Origin: Laetmonice hystrix
Taxonomy: Eukaryota
Length of the DNA stretch: 64,000 nt
Assembly: GCA_965235115.1 (NCBI GenBank)
Contig: OZ249444.1
Location: forward strand, 29,264,001 to 29,328,000
Direction of reading: 5' to 3'
Of the stretch, positions 10,934 through 23,602 are shown one piece after another; the first letter of the stretch is position 1; the number at the start of each line of letters is the position of its first letter. Both the position numbers and the translations under genes were made by a program. The notes under the pieces are model-generated. The model searched no databases. It was not told the origin of the DNA and saw nothing but the letters and a program-made list of their open reading frames with translations.

Positions 10934-13900
10934 CTGGGACACAACAACAAACGCCATTGGTGGAACGACACAAAAACAAAACGATTGGCTAAGAGTGTAT
11001 CCTCCCGGGGATATGTCTCAAGTCTTGTGATTGGCTCGTTGTCTGCCTTCTTCATATAATATTACAACGGGGATTATTTCCTTTACACCAATTACCTGTC
11101 GTGCTCCACACACACAACAAACATTACTAAGTGCTTCAAAACACTTTCACCTTTATTCTAAATAATTTTTAAACATTCTACATGAGAATGAGTTTGAAAG
11201 GAGATTTGTTCCAGAAACAATAAAATTACAAGTTAATACACCGATTACATTCAGAGGGTCTGTCTCAATAGGACCAAAGTAACGTTAGAGGTTTAAAAAA
11301 CCACAAACCGCCTGGTATGTGTCTCAAAACGTTGATCCCTTTCTACATGTTAATTCTCCACAGATATACTTGGATACTGTTCGCATTCAATATCAGCACT
11401 ACCAGAGCTAGGTGTCCACATGGAAGAACAGGACTTTATTTCAGCCAATAGGCAAGCACATATTTATCATATGTTGTCCTTTTGACCCAGTTTCAAGGAA
11501 AACCCCATCTGCCTGGAAGTTATTCTTCGTGAATCCAATCATTCAGATTTTTATCAATTTTCAGAAACTGGCTCAAAATGTGCAGTTGGCGGTGCCAAGT
11601 ATTGCTAGTGCCGCCCAAAGTTCTAGAAGATGGCAGAGTGCATGGCTGGACAGACGACATACACACACACTGTACAAGAGGTCACTGCTCACGATCTGAA
11701 CAAGGCAGCGTCTAATTCACTTTCTGTTTTCCGATAAAGAAACCGGAAGGACGTTACAGCAAATTTACAATCCCTCTCCTCAATGTTACAACTTGGCTGT
11801 TTTAATTACAGCATCCAGCTACGTGCTCAAGTTCATCTGCCGCATGGTCTTTGTATTTATATTTTTTTACAAATCATTGTACGAAGGATATTTAAAAGTT
11901 AGTGGCGTTTTTTCTGAGGGAACAACTCATCTTCATCCCATTGCTTTGATGAAGCTCTCATTCGAAAGCCAGAAGCCTTGGACAACGATTGGTGCAAATA
12001 GAAAGAAAATGTATAGTGTGGATCGAAAGTTATGCTTCTGTAAGTAGTGCGTGCTCAGAGGGAACGTTACACATGTGGCAGTCAGAGCTTCAGTCAGTGT
12101 CAGCAGGAATGACAATGGAGAGTCCGTCTGAACCCTTTCATGGGCAACGGACGCCCTTGTGTAAACATGATCTTGGGGGACCTGCATTCAGAGGTCTGAG
12201 GGGCATTTCAGTGACCTCACTTTCGAATGAGGGGTTCACCAAGGCAATGCAATGACTGGGGGTTGTCCTTGTCAGTAAAAACGTCACTAATTCTGGAACA
12301 TCCCTCGTAGACTGTTGACCTTGGGTTAATCTCTACGCCATGGGTCAAGTCCCCACAAACTTGGGTTTATAATATTATAATATTTGGGTTCATTAATCCC
12401 CAGGATAAGGAAAGCACAGGCAAATCAGCTAACAAATAAATCATGAAAGCTTCCTGACGGTGAAGTGAGTGCATAATTCTATAAATAGCGTGTCGGTGCT
12501 GCTGGTGTGGCGAAGCAAAGCAATGCAGACGACAAATGTGGCGTCCCACGCATAGTGCAGCAGGTAGCCACTAGGTGGCACAACAGTCAGTGTTGTATTG
12601 GGACCCGAGTGGTACACTCGTGGCTGGAGAGTGAATTAGGTCAGCCTAACTGGAACCACGGCACTCACATGCTATTGAAGGAACCATCGAGGATCCCTTC
12701 AAACTTGTACTTATGCTACACATCAAGCAAGCTGGAACCGGTCAGGAATGGATTGGTATTAAAACAGAAAAAAGGTCACCTCCATTGCGCACAGGGAATG
12801 AAAAAAAAACAATAGAAGATGTACACAGATCTAAGATTAAATCAATGGGTACAATTACTTTGAAGAAATATTTGAATTTAATAACACATCTCTCTATGCT
12901 TAATCAATAAGTAACACATGTATACTAGAAAGAATGCTTTAGATTCTAATTCTGAATGCGTAAAGACACTTTCTAACTTGCACATTAATAACTTATCGAT
13001 AACCAGATTCAGACACGAACTTTAGAGGTAAACATTTTGTTAAGAGACCAAAGCACAGAAATCGTAAAGAGTGAAACGTCATATACATATGAAAATAACT
13101 GGGACTTAAATAAAAAATATATTTGATTTCAAGTATAAGGACACGTAAACCTAACCTGAGTTTCAAAGATGAAGTGAGACACCCCAACTTCTGTCTGACT
13201 CCTAATATTTATAAAGCATCCTTTTAAAGGCTGCAGAAAACAACTTAATGTAATTTCATGCAATGGAGTAATTGCGTAGTACCGCCCCCCTAAAAACTCA
13301 AACTGCAGACAAATTCGGCATTGTCATGATGACGTTCTGACTTGGGGGTTATCTCAAAGTGTCGTACCTGTCGCCTAGACCGTCAGGTAAATGGTACACA
13401 CAGAAGGTGAAGAGAAGGTAGATCACACCTGGCAGGCTACAATGACACTCTGACCGTTCAAACTCTGGGCAGCGACAACACACACCTTTACTGGATCATC
13501 TCTCCAATGTTACTAATAATGCTTGCCTTTCATATTTTATTATTTCTACTTCCACAAATATTATGTGTGTTATCTGGAGCTTCTCTACTTAAATCTGACA
13601 TTCCACGGCAGAGTGAGGCACCTGCATAAATTGCCCTGCATAGACTGACCTACATACATTAACCTGCCTGGGATCACCTGCCTACCCCAGTTTGATGACC
13701 AGTCTTCAGTCCCAAATGACCTCAGTGACCATTGATTGTGTGACCTTATCGGCTGGGACATTAGCAGCTTTACCCCACCCCCATTATATCTACCCCTCCC
13801 TGCCACCGAGGTCACGGAGGGGTACATAACTTTACCCCACCCTGGTGGGAGATTCTGCCCGATCCAAACAGCCTTACTGATGCGATAATATTAAGATATA

Positions 13901-15334
13901 CACCATTGTAATGAACATGAAAAATATTGATTAATTTTAATACAAACTCCGCTCGGAATCAAAGGAAAAATGGTGCCTCATCATAACCCTTCATACGGAA
14001 ACCCCACAAAAACAATTATTGTGAACACAACAAAGACTTCCTACATACGTGTCTAACAACACAGACGCACATATAGTGCTGAGGGCATATCTGCCTACTG
14101 TGGCTATTTTCACGGACCCAATAACAACTGTGCACATGGAGAACATAAGATGCCCTCAATGCAAAACCGGTTACATTTGTATAATAAAGTTGGTTGCAGT
14201 TTTGCATTGGACCCAAACTGTACTCACACGCGCAAGCGAATGACTGACGTGACACAACCATCGCAGAATCTGAACCAGTACGACAGAGTAGACAAACTGA
14301 AACAGTTCGGGGTAAGGTTGATTCTTGACGTCCTCAGTGCTGCCAATCTCACATACTCATGGACAGAGGTACATTCACAAAATGTTACCAATTATAGTCA
14401 AAAGATAAGTATTTTTCAGTGGGGAGTAAATATTTACAAGATATACATCATTCGGGTCTGAACTACGCCCCAGTATCACTTTAAATGTCTACTTTTTCAA
14501 AAAATCAATATTTAATTTATCTGCGTAAAATAAAAAAAAGGATTTAGGTTTTTTTTTTTCAAATTGCGTATATTGATTGCATGATATACGGTAAATGAGA
14601 AGTTTAAAATTGTTAATTTAGGGAGATAGGTCACGTCTTTGAAGTTTGTCAGCTTACATTTCAACAACGTGAGATTTCTTTTCCCACACTCTGAAATAAT
14701 TTATATCCCGATTACAAAATAATACTGTTGGAGAAAACTCTCTCCTTCATGGGGGCTAAATAAATGCACTGAAATAGCTGGTCAAGTAATCTGTAAATCC
14801 AACCCCTCTAACGGTGTGTGCTTCAACCAATGTAACAATGAGTTAATTAAATATTGACTGTGCCTTGCGAGTCATCGAATTCCTCTACTTCAGCTGAAAG
14901 AAACCAGCAGTAATTCTCTAACTTTAGGATTTCTCTAACTCTCTAAAATACCACTATACCAGCAAACACTTTTCAATCTTTCCTTATGGTACTAAGGAGA
15001 ATATGATTTACGAAGGAGAATGTCAATTACTAAGGAGAATATTAATTACTACATCTAAGGAGAATATCAATTACTAAGGAGCATATTTACTAAGGAGACT
15101 ATCTACCGTATATTACTAAACTTACTTTCTTCATACTGACAAGGAAAGCTTTATTTGAGGAATTCCTCATCTTTTATCTATTCCACCAAGACTTATGGCG
15201 ATATTAAATCAATACCATACCGCATATTATCACCAGTCTTCCCCCACAGTATGTTAAAAATGTCTAAATTTTATGAGCTCTCATTTTAAAAGTATGCGCC
15301 TGTTTTACTAGGATGATAGGAGCACATATCCTAC

Positions 15335-15499
15335 CTTTGCTGTACTTCTTGCTGCTGTGTAGTGGCCCCATTTTCTGTAACCGTGTCTCCATCTGGTGTT
15401 CGAGAATGTCATCAATGCTGGACGACCTGATGATGGCAGACCTACGCAGTGAGTCACTCCGGTCTGTGACAGCCGTGGTCGGGGAGCGTACCCGGCGAT
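15335..15499 (-). CDS. unc80: UNC80 exon (DRRVRSPTT...SKKYSK), phase 1->1
   Basis: tttgtcacag| and G|gtagga; 165 nt open; low-conservation C-terminal region. Confidence 0.75.
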
Positions 15500-15504
15500 C
15501 TGTG

Positions 15505-15775
15505 ACAAAACACCCAAATGATCGGTAACTCAGGTTCTGGGCACAGCGTCGTTACTTGTTCTCATTAAGTGTTAACTTTAAAACACCCAACTGATCGGTA
15601 ATTAGGGTTCTGGGCACAGTCGTTACTTGTTCTCATTAAGTGTTAACTTTAAAACACCCAATCGATCAGTAACTAGGGTTCTGGGCACAGTCGTTACTTG
15701 TTCTCATTAAGTGTTAACTTTAAAACACCCAACTGAAACACCCAACTGATCGGTAACTAGGTTTCTGGGCACGGC
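15505..15775. repeat. About 70-bp tandem repeat (about 4 copies) abutting the acceptor of exon 15335-15499
   Basis: aaaacacccaactgatcggtaactagggttctgggcacagtcgttacttgttctcattaagtgttaacttt units. Confidence 0.85.
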
Positions 15776-15778
15776 GTC

Positions 15779-15997
15779 CAGGGTTTCCGCCAGAAAATAA
15801 TTAATGGGGGGGACGGGGGGCCCTCCCCCAGAATTTTTTTTTCATGAACTCAGGAGATGCGTTTTCCTGGCCTCTCAGAGCGAGAATAGCTTAAAAAAAC
15901 ACTGCTCTGCAGATTTATGGGGGGGATATCCCCCTCATGGCCCAATCATGGGGGGGATAAATTCCCCCGTCCCCCCCCCCCTCTGGCGGATGCCCTG
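15779..15997. mobile_element. 219-bp MITE with CAGGG..TCCGCCAGA terminal inverted repeats and 6-bp target-site duplication GGCGTC
   Basis: ggcgtc|cagggtttccgccaga ... tctggcggatgccctg|ggcgtc; interrupts a unit of the adjacent repeat. Confidence 0.8.
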
Positions 15998-16147
15998 GGC
16001 GTCGTGTTGCGTTCTCATTAAATGTTAACTTTATACATTTCATGGGGTAATTTGGAGCTATATCATAGACAGCGATACTAACTAGAAATCGGTAACACAA
16101 GATCTTCTGCCTTCAAGACTATAACATGGGCGTGAGGCGAAACATAC

Positions 16148-16316
16148 CATAGTGTGTGGAGGCAATCTCATCCTTTAGATGTCGGAGCTCGGCGGCCAAC
16201 TCAAACAGGATACTACCCTTACACTTGGGGTGTGGCATGTTGTAACCATGCATCTTCTGGTGGACCATGTGTTGGAGGAAATACTCCTGCTCGGTCTCAC
16301 AACGCACCTTCATCAT
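16148..16316 (-). CDS. unc80: UNC80 exon (MMKVRCETEQEY...PKCKGSILFELAAELRHLKDE...), phase 0->1
   Basis: ctgttacag| and G|gtatgt. Confidence 0.9.
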
Positions 16317-16324
16317 CTGTAACA

Positions 16325-17495
16325 GGCAACCGTCACCACTTACCAATCAACCGGCAACTGTTACAGCTTACCAAACAACCGTCACAACTTACCAATCAAC
16401 CGGCAACTGTCACCACTTACCAATCAACCGGCAACTGTCACAGCTTACCAATCAACCGGCAACGGTCACAGCTTACCAATCAACCGGCAACTGTCACAGC
16501 TTACCAATCAACTGGCAACTGTTACAACTTACCAATCAACCGGCAACTGTTACAACTTACCAATCAACCGGCAACTGTTACAACTTACCAATCAACTGGC
16601 AACTGTTACAACTTACCAATCAACCGGCAACTGTTACAACTTACCAATCAACTGGCAACTGTTACAACTTACCAATCAACAGGCAACTGTCACAACTTAC
16701 CAATCAACCGGCAACTGTTACAGCTTACCAATCAACCGGCAACTGTCACAACTTACCAATCAACCGGCACCTGTTACAGCTTACCAAACAACCGTCACAA
16801 CTTACCAATCAACCGGCAACTGTTACAGCTTACAAATCAACAGGCAACCGTCACAACTTACGAATCAACCGGCAACTGTTACAGCTTACCAATCAACCGG
16901 CAACTGTCACAACTTACCAATCAACCGGCAACTGTCACAGCTTACCAATCAACCGGCACCACTTACCAATCAACCGGCAACTGTTACCACTTACCAATCA
17001 ACTGGCAACTGTCACAACTTACCAATCAACCGGCAACTGTTACAGCTTACCAATCAACCGGCACCACTTACCAATCAACCGGCAACTGTTACCACTTACC
17101 AATCAACTGGCAACTGTCACAACTTACCAATCAACCGGCAACTGTTACAGCTTACCAATCAACCGGCAACTGTCACAACTTACCAATCAACCGGCAACTG
17201 TTACAACTTACCAATCAACCCGCAACTGTTACAACTTACCAATCAACTGACAACGGTCAGAGCCTACCAATCAACCGGCAACCGTCACAACTTACCAATC
17301 AACCGGCAACTGTCACAGCTTACCAATCAACTGGCAACTGTCACAGCTTACCAATCAACTGGCAACTGTCACAGCTTACCAATCAACTGGCGACTGTCAC
17401 AGCTTACCAATCTACCAGCAACCATCAAAGCATACCAATCTACTGGCACTGGTCGGTGATTGTCAATCAACCGGCACGCGTCGCCGCTTACCAAT
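16325..17495. repeat. 28-bp minisatellite, about 40 copies, filling intron 16317-17522
   Basis: TTACCAATCAACCGGCAACTGTTACAAC units; the gene strand reads TG|GTAAG(T/C)...TAACAG. Confidence 0.96.
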
Positions 17496-17522
17496 CTACA
17501 GGAGGAGGCAGTATATACTCAC

Positions 17523-17611
17523 TCTGTACTGGATGAAGGGCTGGAGCATGATGTAGAGTGGGGTACGGATAGTCACCACAAAGTCTAGGAAGCGCCAGAG
17601 TGGGATTCCCC
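17523..17611 (-). CDS. unc80: UNC80 exon (GGIPLWRFLDFVVTIRTPLYIMLQPFIQYR), phase 1->0
   Basis: catttacag| and AGA|gtgagt. Confidence 0.92.
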
Positions 17612-17856
17612 CTGTAAATGACGTCAGCAACATTTACTTACAGATGCACATACAAACACCGCACTGATCCTGAACACATAAGATAAGAACCTTTCCTCTT
17701 TTTTTATTTTTTATTTTTTATAAAATAAGCACATTAAATATTTTCATCATGATGATACATATGTCACCCACTTTACTCATTGTGGCAAAGTTCTGTAACT
17801 TCAATCTTTATATATTGATACATATAATAGAGAGACAACAGCTAGTATACACGTAC

Positions 17857-17952
17857 CTAAGAGGCGGTGTCCCAAGTCTCTGACACACTTGGCGATCCGA
17901 TACCATTCAATGGACAGTTGTTTCTCAAAACACACCGTAATAATCTTCAACC
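17857..17952 (-). CDS. unc80: UNC80 exon (GLKIITVCFEKQLSIEWYRIAKCVRDLGHRLL), phase 1->1
   Basis: ctccgccag| and G|gtacgt. Confidence 0.92.
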
Positions 17953-18339
17953 CTGGCGGAGATTAGGATGGAGAATATTAGTGACGACACATCCTTCACC
18001 AATAGACTATATATATATCTTCTAATCGAGAGAAATTATGTATGGAAAAAAGATAAAACCAGGTAATGCTGCTAAAACCGAAATAAGGCGTGAGCAAGGC
18101 GACAAATGTGAGAGTGCTGCCTTAGGTGGCCTTGCCTTGTGATAAAGTGGCAGACTTGATGTGGGCGTTGATTCAGTATGCTATGTGAATGGGTGCAGTA
18201 ATCTTAGCACAGGGTTCGATTCCAATCTACAACGTTTTACTACACTGTACCTGCCCCCGCACCCTCCTACTCTATCATAACACCACCCCCTCTACTCACC
18301 CCCACCTATCACCCCCCCCCCCCCCCCCGACGTGCTTAC

Positions 18340-18549
18340 CTAGGAAGGCGACGTTGAGTATATTTTCCCGGGGTAGAACCTTTTTGTTGTAGGACGACAT
18401 ACTGGACGTCCGGCCTAGGTCCGTCACTGACAAGTGTTGAGTTTTGGTAGTTGTCGTGGTGGCCGCCATGTGTTTGTGTGGCGGACTGACTGCGTTCAGA
18501 ATAATTGTCAGAGCAAACGATGTGTCGATCGGACGAATCTTCGGACAGT
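18340..18549 (-). CDS. unc80: UNC80 exon (DCPKIRPIDTSFALTIILNAV...LNVAFL), phase 1->1
   Basis: ctctgtctggcag| and G|gtaagc; acceptor duplicated in the upstream 64-bp array. Confidence 0.88.
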
Positions 18550-19558
18550 CTGCCAGACAGAGAGAAATATATCAACGCGGGTCAGTGTTATACGACTCCA
18601 CTCCCGGCACTGACAGACAGAGAGAAATATATCAACGCGGGTCAGTGTTACACGACTTCACTCTCGCTATAGTCTGCCAGACAGAGAGAAATATATCAAC
18701 GCGGATCAGTGTTATACGACTCCACTCCCGGTACAGTCTGCCAGACAGAGAGAAATATATCAACGCGGGTCAGTGTTATACGACTCCACTCCCGGCACTG
18801 ACAGACAGAGAGAAATATATCAACGCGGGTCAGTGTTACACGACTTCACTCCCGGTACAGTCTGCCGGACAGAGAGAAATATATCAACGCGGGTCAGTGT
18901 TATACGACTCCACTCTCGCTATAGTCTGCCAGACAGAGAGAAATATATCAACGCGGGTCAGTGTTACACGACTTCACTCCCGGTACAGTCTGCCGGACAG
19001 AGAGAAATATATCAACGCGGGTCAGTGTTACACGACTTCACTCCCGGTACAGTCTGCTGGACAGAGAGAAATATATCAACGCGGGTCAGTGTTATACGAC
19101 TCCACTCCCGGCACTGACAGACAGAGAGAAATATATCAACGCAGGTCAGTGTTATACGACTCCACTCCCGGTACAGTCTGCCAGACAGAGAGAAATATAT
19201 CAACGCGGGTCAGTGTTATACGACTCCACTCCCGCTATAGTCTGTCAGACAGAGAGAAATATATCAACGCAGGTCAGTGTTATACGACTCCACTCCCGGT
19301 ACAGTCTGCCAGACAGAGAGAAATATATCAACGCGGGTCAGTGTTATACGACTCCACTCTCGCTATAGTCTGACAGACAGAGAGAAATATATCAACGCGG
19401 GTCAGTGTTATACGACTCCACTCCCGGTACAGTCTGCCAGACAGAGAGAAATATATCAACGCGGGTCAGTGTTATACGACTCCACTCTCGCTATAGTCTG
19501 ACAGACAGAGAGAAATATATCAACGCGGGTCAGTGTTATACGACTCCACTCCCGGTAC
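18545..19558. repeat. About 64-bp minisatellite (about 16 copies) containing the acceptor and first bases of exon 18340-18549
   Basis: Gene-strand unit ...gatatatttctctctgtctggcag|actgt... Confidence 0.95.
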
Positions 19559-19784
19559 TCAACTATTCACGTTGACATTCAGGATGACCTTGTAAAATGG
19601 TATTTGCTTGGAGGTATATGGACGCGGAAGACATCTTACTTTGGTTCCTATCCTGATACAAATCCCCGACTCTTTCAATGACCCAGATCCACGTTTTCAA
19701 GGACTACCGATCAACTAGAAGGTCATTCAAAGTCGGACCCCAGTCTGGAGTAAGTTTTGATTGGACAGAGAATGACAAACCTAC

Positions 19785-19908
19785 CTCTGCGTCCGCTGCC
19801 CATCCGAATACAGAGCGGTAGAATGAGGTTCACTAACATGTTAACTGTTTTCTCCTGTGTCGGGAACACCGACATTCCTCCACAGATCTGCTCCAGTGAG
19901 TACTGGTC
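19785..19908 (-). CDS. unc80: UNC80 exon (DQYSLEQICGG...LILPLCIRMGSGRR), phase 0->1
   Basis: ttcctccag| and G|gtaggt. Confidence 0.9.
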
Positions 19909-20376
19909 CTGGAGGAAGAACATCAATCCAGTTTTTTTAGGATTCTAGTTTATCATTTTGGAAGATCTTCCTTCAGAAGTACGCGATCAAGAAACAACTC
20001 AGAAAAGAAAAATGCCTGGTTCAGGGCTCTGTATAGATCTGCGTGTTATAACATGCCTGTAAAGGTTTTATAATTTGTTCAGAAATTTTTCATCTCATTA
20101 CATGATTTAGTTTTTTCCCATGTGCGACCGCAGTGCCATACGGTGGTTTTCATGTGACGCGTGTGAGACCAATGACGTCAATGTTATTTTAATGGCAGGA
20201 TGCCATTTTGGCCTCCGCTAGGTAATAAATCGTTTTGGTTTTAAAATATCTGGATACAAGATGAATCTCTGGAGAAATCCCGCCACACCAATTGGCACTG
20301 TGATCAAAACATGGACCTAATAGAAGACGCCCTTTATGTTAACGCTGTGTGGTACTGTCTTAAAGGTAGAACTGAC

Positions 20377-20556
20377 CCCTAGCGCCTGCATCTGCATGGC
20401 GGTAACCTTGACGACAGCTGAACAGAAGGCAGGGGGCGGGGCAATCCTGGAGAGGGGCGTGTCTAGACGGTGAGGTGGCGCCGCCTGGAGGTTGTCTCCC
20501 AGTGTCACGTGACTGTCGTCGGCCAGCACGATATTCAGACACACGGTGATCAGTGT
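20377..20556 (-). CDS. unc80: UNC80 exon (TLITVCLNIVL...FCSAVVKVTAMQMQALG), phase 0->0
   Basis: gcccacag| and GGG|gtcagt. Confidence 0.9.
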
Positions 20557-20860
20557 CTGTGGGCCAGAGATAACATTTTCAATTTTACATTTTACCAGTT
20601 TACCGTATTTTACCAGACAGTTTACCGTATTTTACCCGTATTTTCAGATATGTAGGTATGTTCCATGAAAGTTTACAAGCACTAAGTATATTTATCAAAT
20701 ACCCATGGGGCTTAGATTATTATAATTATAATGAGGATGTTTTCCTCTGACCCGCCAATTGTCACAACTCAATCTGAAGGTGCATGTAAGAAAACTTAGA
20801 GAGGGTGTTACAGATGCCACCAGGTGGCGCTGTGATCAAAACCTGGGCCTATTTGCTTAC

Positions 20861-20956
20861 CTTGAGATGGGGGAGATGTGCTATGTAAGCAAACTTGGAG
20901 AGAGTGTTATAGATGGCCTTGAGGAGGTTAGACGCCGCGTCCCAGTCCAGATGGCG
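20861..20956 (-). CDS. unc80: UNC80 exon (RHLDWDAASNLLKAIY...AHLPHLK), phase 0->0
   Basis: gttaacag| and AAG|gtaagc. Confidence 0.92.
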
Positions 20957-21195
20957 CTGTTAACGACGTCACAATATTAGCTCATCACCATAGGCCAGTG
21001 TTGGGGTAAATCTCATAACATATTGGTGAATTTTATTTCTTTCAACTTTTAGAATATGCATTCAATTTTATATTTTAAACGTGACGATACAGAATACATA
21101 TATTTTTCACACTCACAGCCGGTGAAACACTTGCCCCATAGCTACGAGTCGTGATATTCAAGGACATTATAATATAAGATTTTTAAAAATCTCAC

Positions 21196-21319
21196 CCTGA
21201 GAGCCGGTTTTTTGTATATCTTAGAGAACAGTCTCTCCATACGCCGCAGGATGAGGTTAAGGGCTGGGCGGACTGACTCCTGCGACCAGTCTGTGGCTGG
21301 TAACATCTCCAGGGTGTAC
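21196..21319 (-). CDS. unc80: UNC80 exon (YTLEMLPATDWSQESVRPALNLILRR...PALR), phase 2->0
   Basis: tttggcag| and AGG|gtgaga. Confidence 0.92.
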
Positions 21320-21547
21320 CTGCCAAAACCACAGTCATCCAAACCTTACAAACTCTTCTCAGCATCATCTCAACATCAGTGCTCAACATATATTATCACT
21401 TGTATCGAGCTGACAGTAACTAAAAATTGAGAGTACCTAAAAAAGGGGAACTGGGACAATTGGTCCAAGTCCTATACCGTTCGAAGATCTGGCGTCTGGA
21501 GACACACGGTAGCCCATTGAGAGTCAACTGGTTTGGATTCTTGCCCC

Positions 21548-21666
21548 AGACTGAGCCACTGACGGGGTAGGGGTTCTATTGCTACATCCCTTTAGAAGAG
21601 TTGGTTCCACCTATGCCGAGTTACACCCTCACCTCTCCAAGTGGACACACCAAACTCTTCGTACTG
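21548..21666 (+). repeat. Dispersed repeat, diverged copy of 2575-2712
   Basis: See paired feature. Confidence 0.7.
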
Positions 21667-21811
21667 CCCCCTGGGATTTCCATGTTTTTGTAACCCAGAC
21701 CCCAGCTCGACCGGCGCAATGACGCGCTATCACACGGTAGGCCTATCTGGTTAATGTTCAGGGGACACTCCCCCACCCCTCTTTGGGCAGGCTGCGGCCC
21801 TGAATACTCAC

Positions 21812-21891
21812 TTTTGGAGGCCGGGACATCGCATGGTGGCGGGGTCGTATGGCGCCACCTTCAGGAGTGTATGTGCAACATCAGCCAGGCG
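21812..21891 (-). CDS. unc80: UNC80 exon (RLADVAHTLLKVAPYDPATMRCPGLQ), phase 0->2
   Basis: ggtttcag| and AA|gtgagt. Confidence 0.92.
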
Positions 21892-22229
21892 CTGAAACCA
21901 GGGAACATAATTGGTCCAGTAAAACAACACACTTCATGTGTCAAAGTTAACAACACGTAAATAACGATTCTTGTGTCAAAGTTAACAATACTTAAAGAAC
22001 GAATCTTGTGGACTTTAGGTCGTATGCCAATTTGGTGACGTTTTCGTTCTTATACTGGGTCTTGCAAAGGTTACTGTGCAATAATTAACTTTTGGGACAC
22101 CCTGTATTAAACTCATCAAATTCATTGAAAAAGGTGCGCAGACATATTTTTAGTGAAAGGCCACCCAGTGGCACGTGTCATTTGGAACCATTGGTTTAAT
22201 ATATCTATATTTAAAAAGTGTTGCTCTAC

Positions 22230-22443
22230 ATTTTGGGCCTTGGAGTCGAGGAGATCAGGGACTCTGAAGGTAGGATCGGCTACGATTCTGCGCAGTTCAC
22301 GGATCCGGTTGGAGCAGTGTGAGAAAAAGTAAGCCACGATGCAGAGAAGAGAATTCCGGGGTCGACGGAAGTCATTGAGCGTCGACTCAGCCTCGTCTTC
22401 AGCAGTGACGTGGCGGCGGCGGGGGAGTCCCTCCTCCATGTAC
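22230..22443 (-). CDS. unc80: UNC80 exon (YMEEGLPR...DFRRPRNSLLCIVAYFF...LLDSKAQN), phase 2->0
   Basis: gttccaaag| and AAT|gtagag. Confidence 0.9.
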
Positions 22444-22704
22444 CTTTGGAACAATGGGAAAATAGTCAACACGAATAGGCGATATTAAAGTGGGGAACAC
22501 ACCTGACGCGATGCTACGTGATGCTATGCGATGCTATGCGATGCGACGCGATTATGAAAAGCTCCTAATGGTTTTCAGCGAGTGTGAACACACTTGAAGA
22601 TCCAGCGACGTGCAGCTTCAGGTGTGTTAACACTCACTGAAAACCCCCGCATATAGCCGTTTGAAATCTTTGCCTCAGCTGACTGTTGTGACGTCATGAC
22701 CTAC

Positions 22705-22824
22705 TTTATCTCCGACTGTTCCTCATAGATGCCATGACCTTGAGGAGAATGGTTGCTATGATTAGCTGTCGCCTTCACGTTGCTGTTAACTGTCTCTAGG
22801 TGGCGCTGTGGTCCGCTGAAATTC
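22705..22824 (-). CDS. unc80: UNC80 exon (NFSGPQRHLE...EQSEIK), phase 2->2
   Basis: ttccaacag| and AA|gtaggt. Confidence 0.85.
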
Positions 22825-23000
22825 CTGTTGGAATGAGACACGACAGACTCCTGGTATTGCGGCATGTTTCTCAAGTGTTTAGTAAAAATCCAATGGGATC
22901 CAACTATACACATGTAAACAGCTTGATATTCTTTCAATGTATGCTGCTTGGCAACTCAGATATAGCTAAAGACAAGAGCTAAAACTAGGACCCTGCCCAC

Positions 23001-23158
23001 CTTGTGAGTGACTCACAGCTGGAGACGAGAGCCCTCATGGACACGGCCAGGTTAGCAATGGCACAGAGTTCCTCCCGAGCGGCGGTGGCGCTGTCTTTCT
23101 TGGTCGTCGCTTCCTTAACGTGCTGGAGGTAGTGGGGTAGGATCGCCTCCAAGATGGT
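23001..23158 (-). CDS. unc80: UNC80 exon (TILEAILPHYLQH...CESLTR), phase 0->2
   Basis: gttgacag| and AG|gtgggc. Confidence 0.9.
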
Positions 23159-23383
23159 CTGTCAACGGAAGAGTGGTTATTCTACATGACAATATACCAA
23201 ACCCAGTTGGGGCTAGGGGTAGGATTAGGGCCAGAGCTAGAGAAGATGACTTTGGGGTAGGTTTAGACAGAGTCCAGGGGTTTTTTGCTTACTCAAATCC
23301 TTCTTTCAGACCCCCCCCCCCCAAGTCCTAGTTCCCAAATCAGGATATTCTAGAAACCCCTGATTAATTCCACATTGACTGAC

Positions 23384-23602
23384 CAGCATTTGCATGCCCC
23401 GTACGGAGTCACAGGCGTAGGCGACGACGGTGATACACATATTGATTGCGTCTAGAAGCTGGAAGGTGTCTGAATCTTCAATGTAACAGAAATCCATGGC
23501 AGTAAGAGGTTTCTCTCCCTCTACCATGTCCAGGATCTCCAGGTTATCCGGGCAGTCCTCCTCCAGGGCTAGCAGTAGGTTAAACAGTGCTTGGGTCGAA
23601 AC
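23384..23602 (-). CDS. unc80: UNC80 exon (VSTQALFNLLLALE...VRGMQML), phase 0->0
   Basis: cgttccag| and CTG|gtcagt. Confidence 0.92.

Noticed and set aside
12480-13850. Several exon-like segments (7-nt GCGACAG, HKYKFEG..., ORF 13585-13827)
   Set aside because: Could not be chained into a convincing phase-consistent path and lack homology support; needs RNA-seq.
16154-17536. 460-aa and 327-aa plus-strand ORFs
   Set aside because: They come from the 28-bp array cycling through frames and lie antisense to unc80 exons.
18100-18230. GGTTCGATTCC box-B-like motif suggesting a tRNA or SINE
   Set aside because: No cloverleaf or properly spaced box A seen.
18444-19501. 309-aa plus-strand ORF and overlapping ORFs
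   Set aside because: Products of the 64-bp array; antisense to the real exon.
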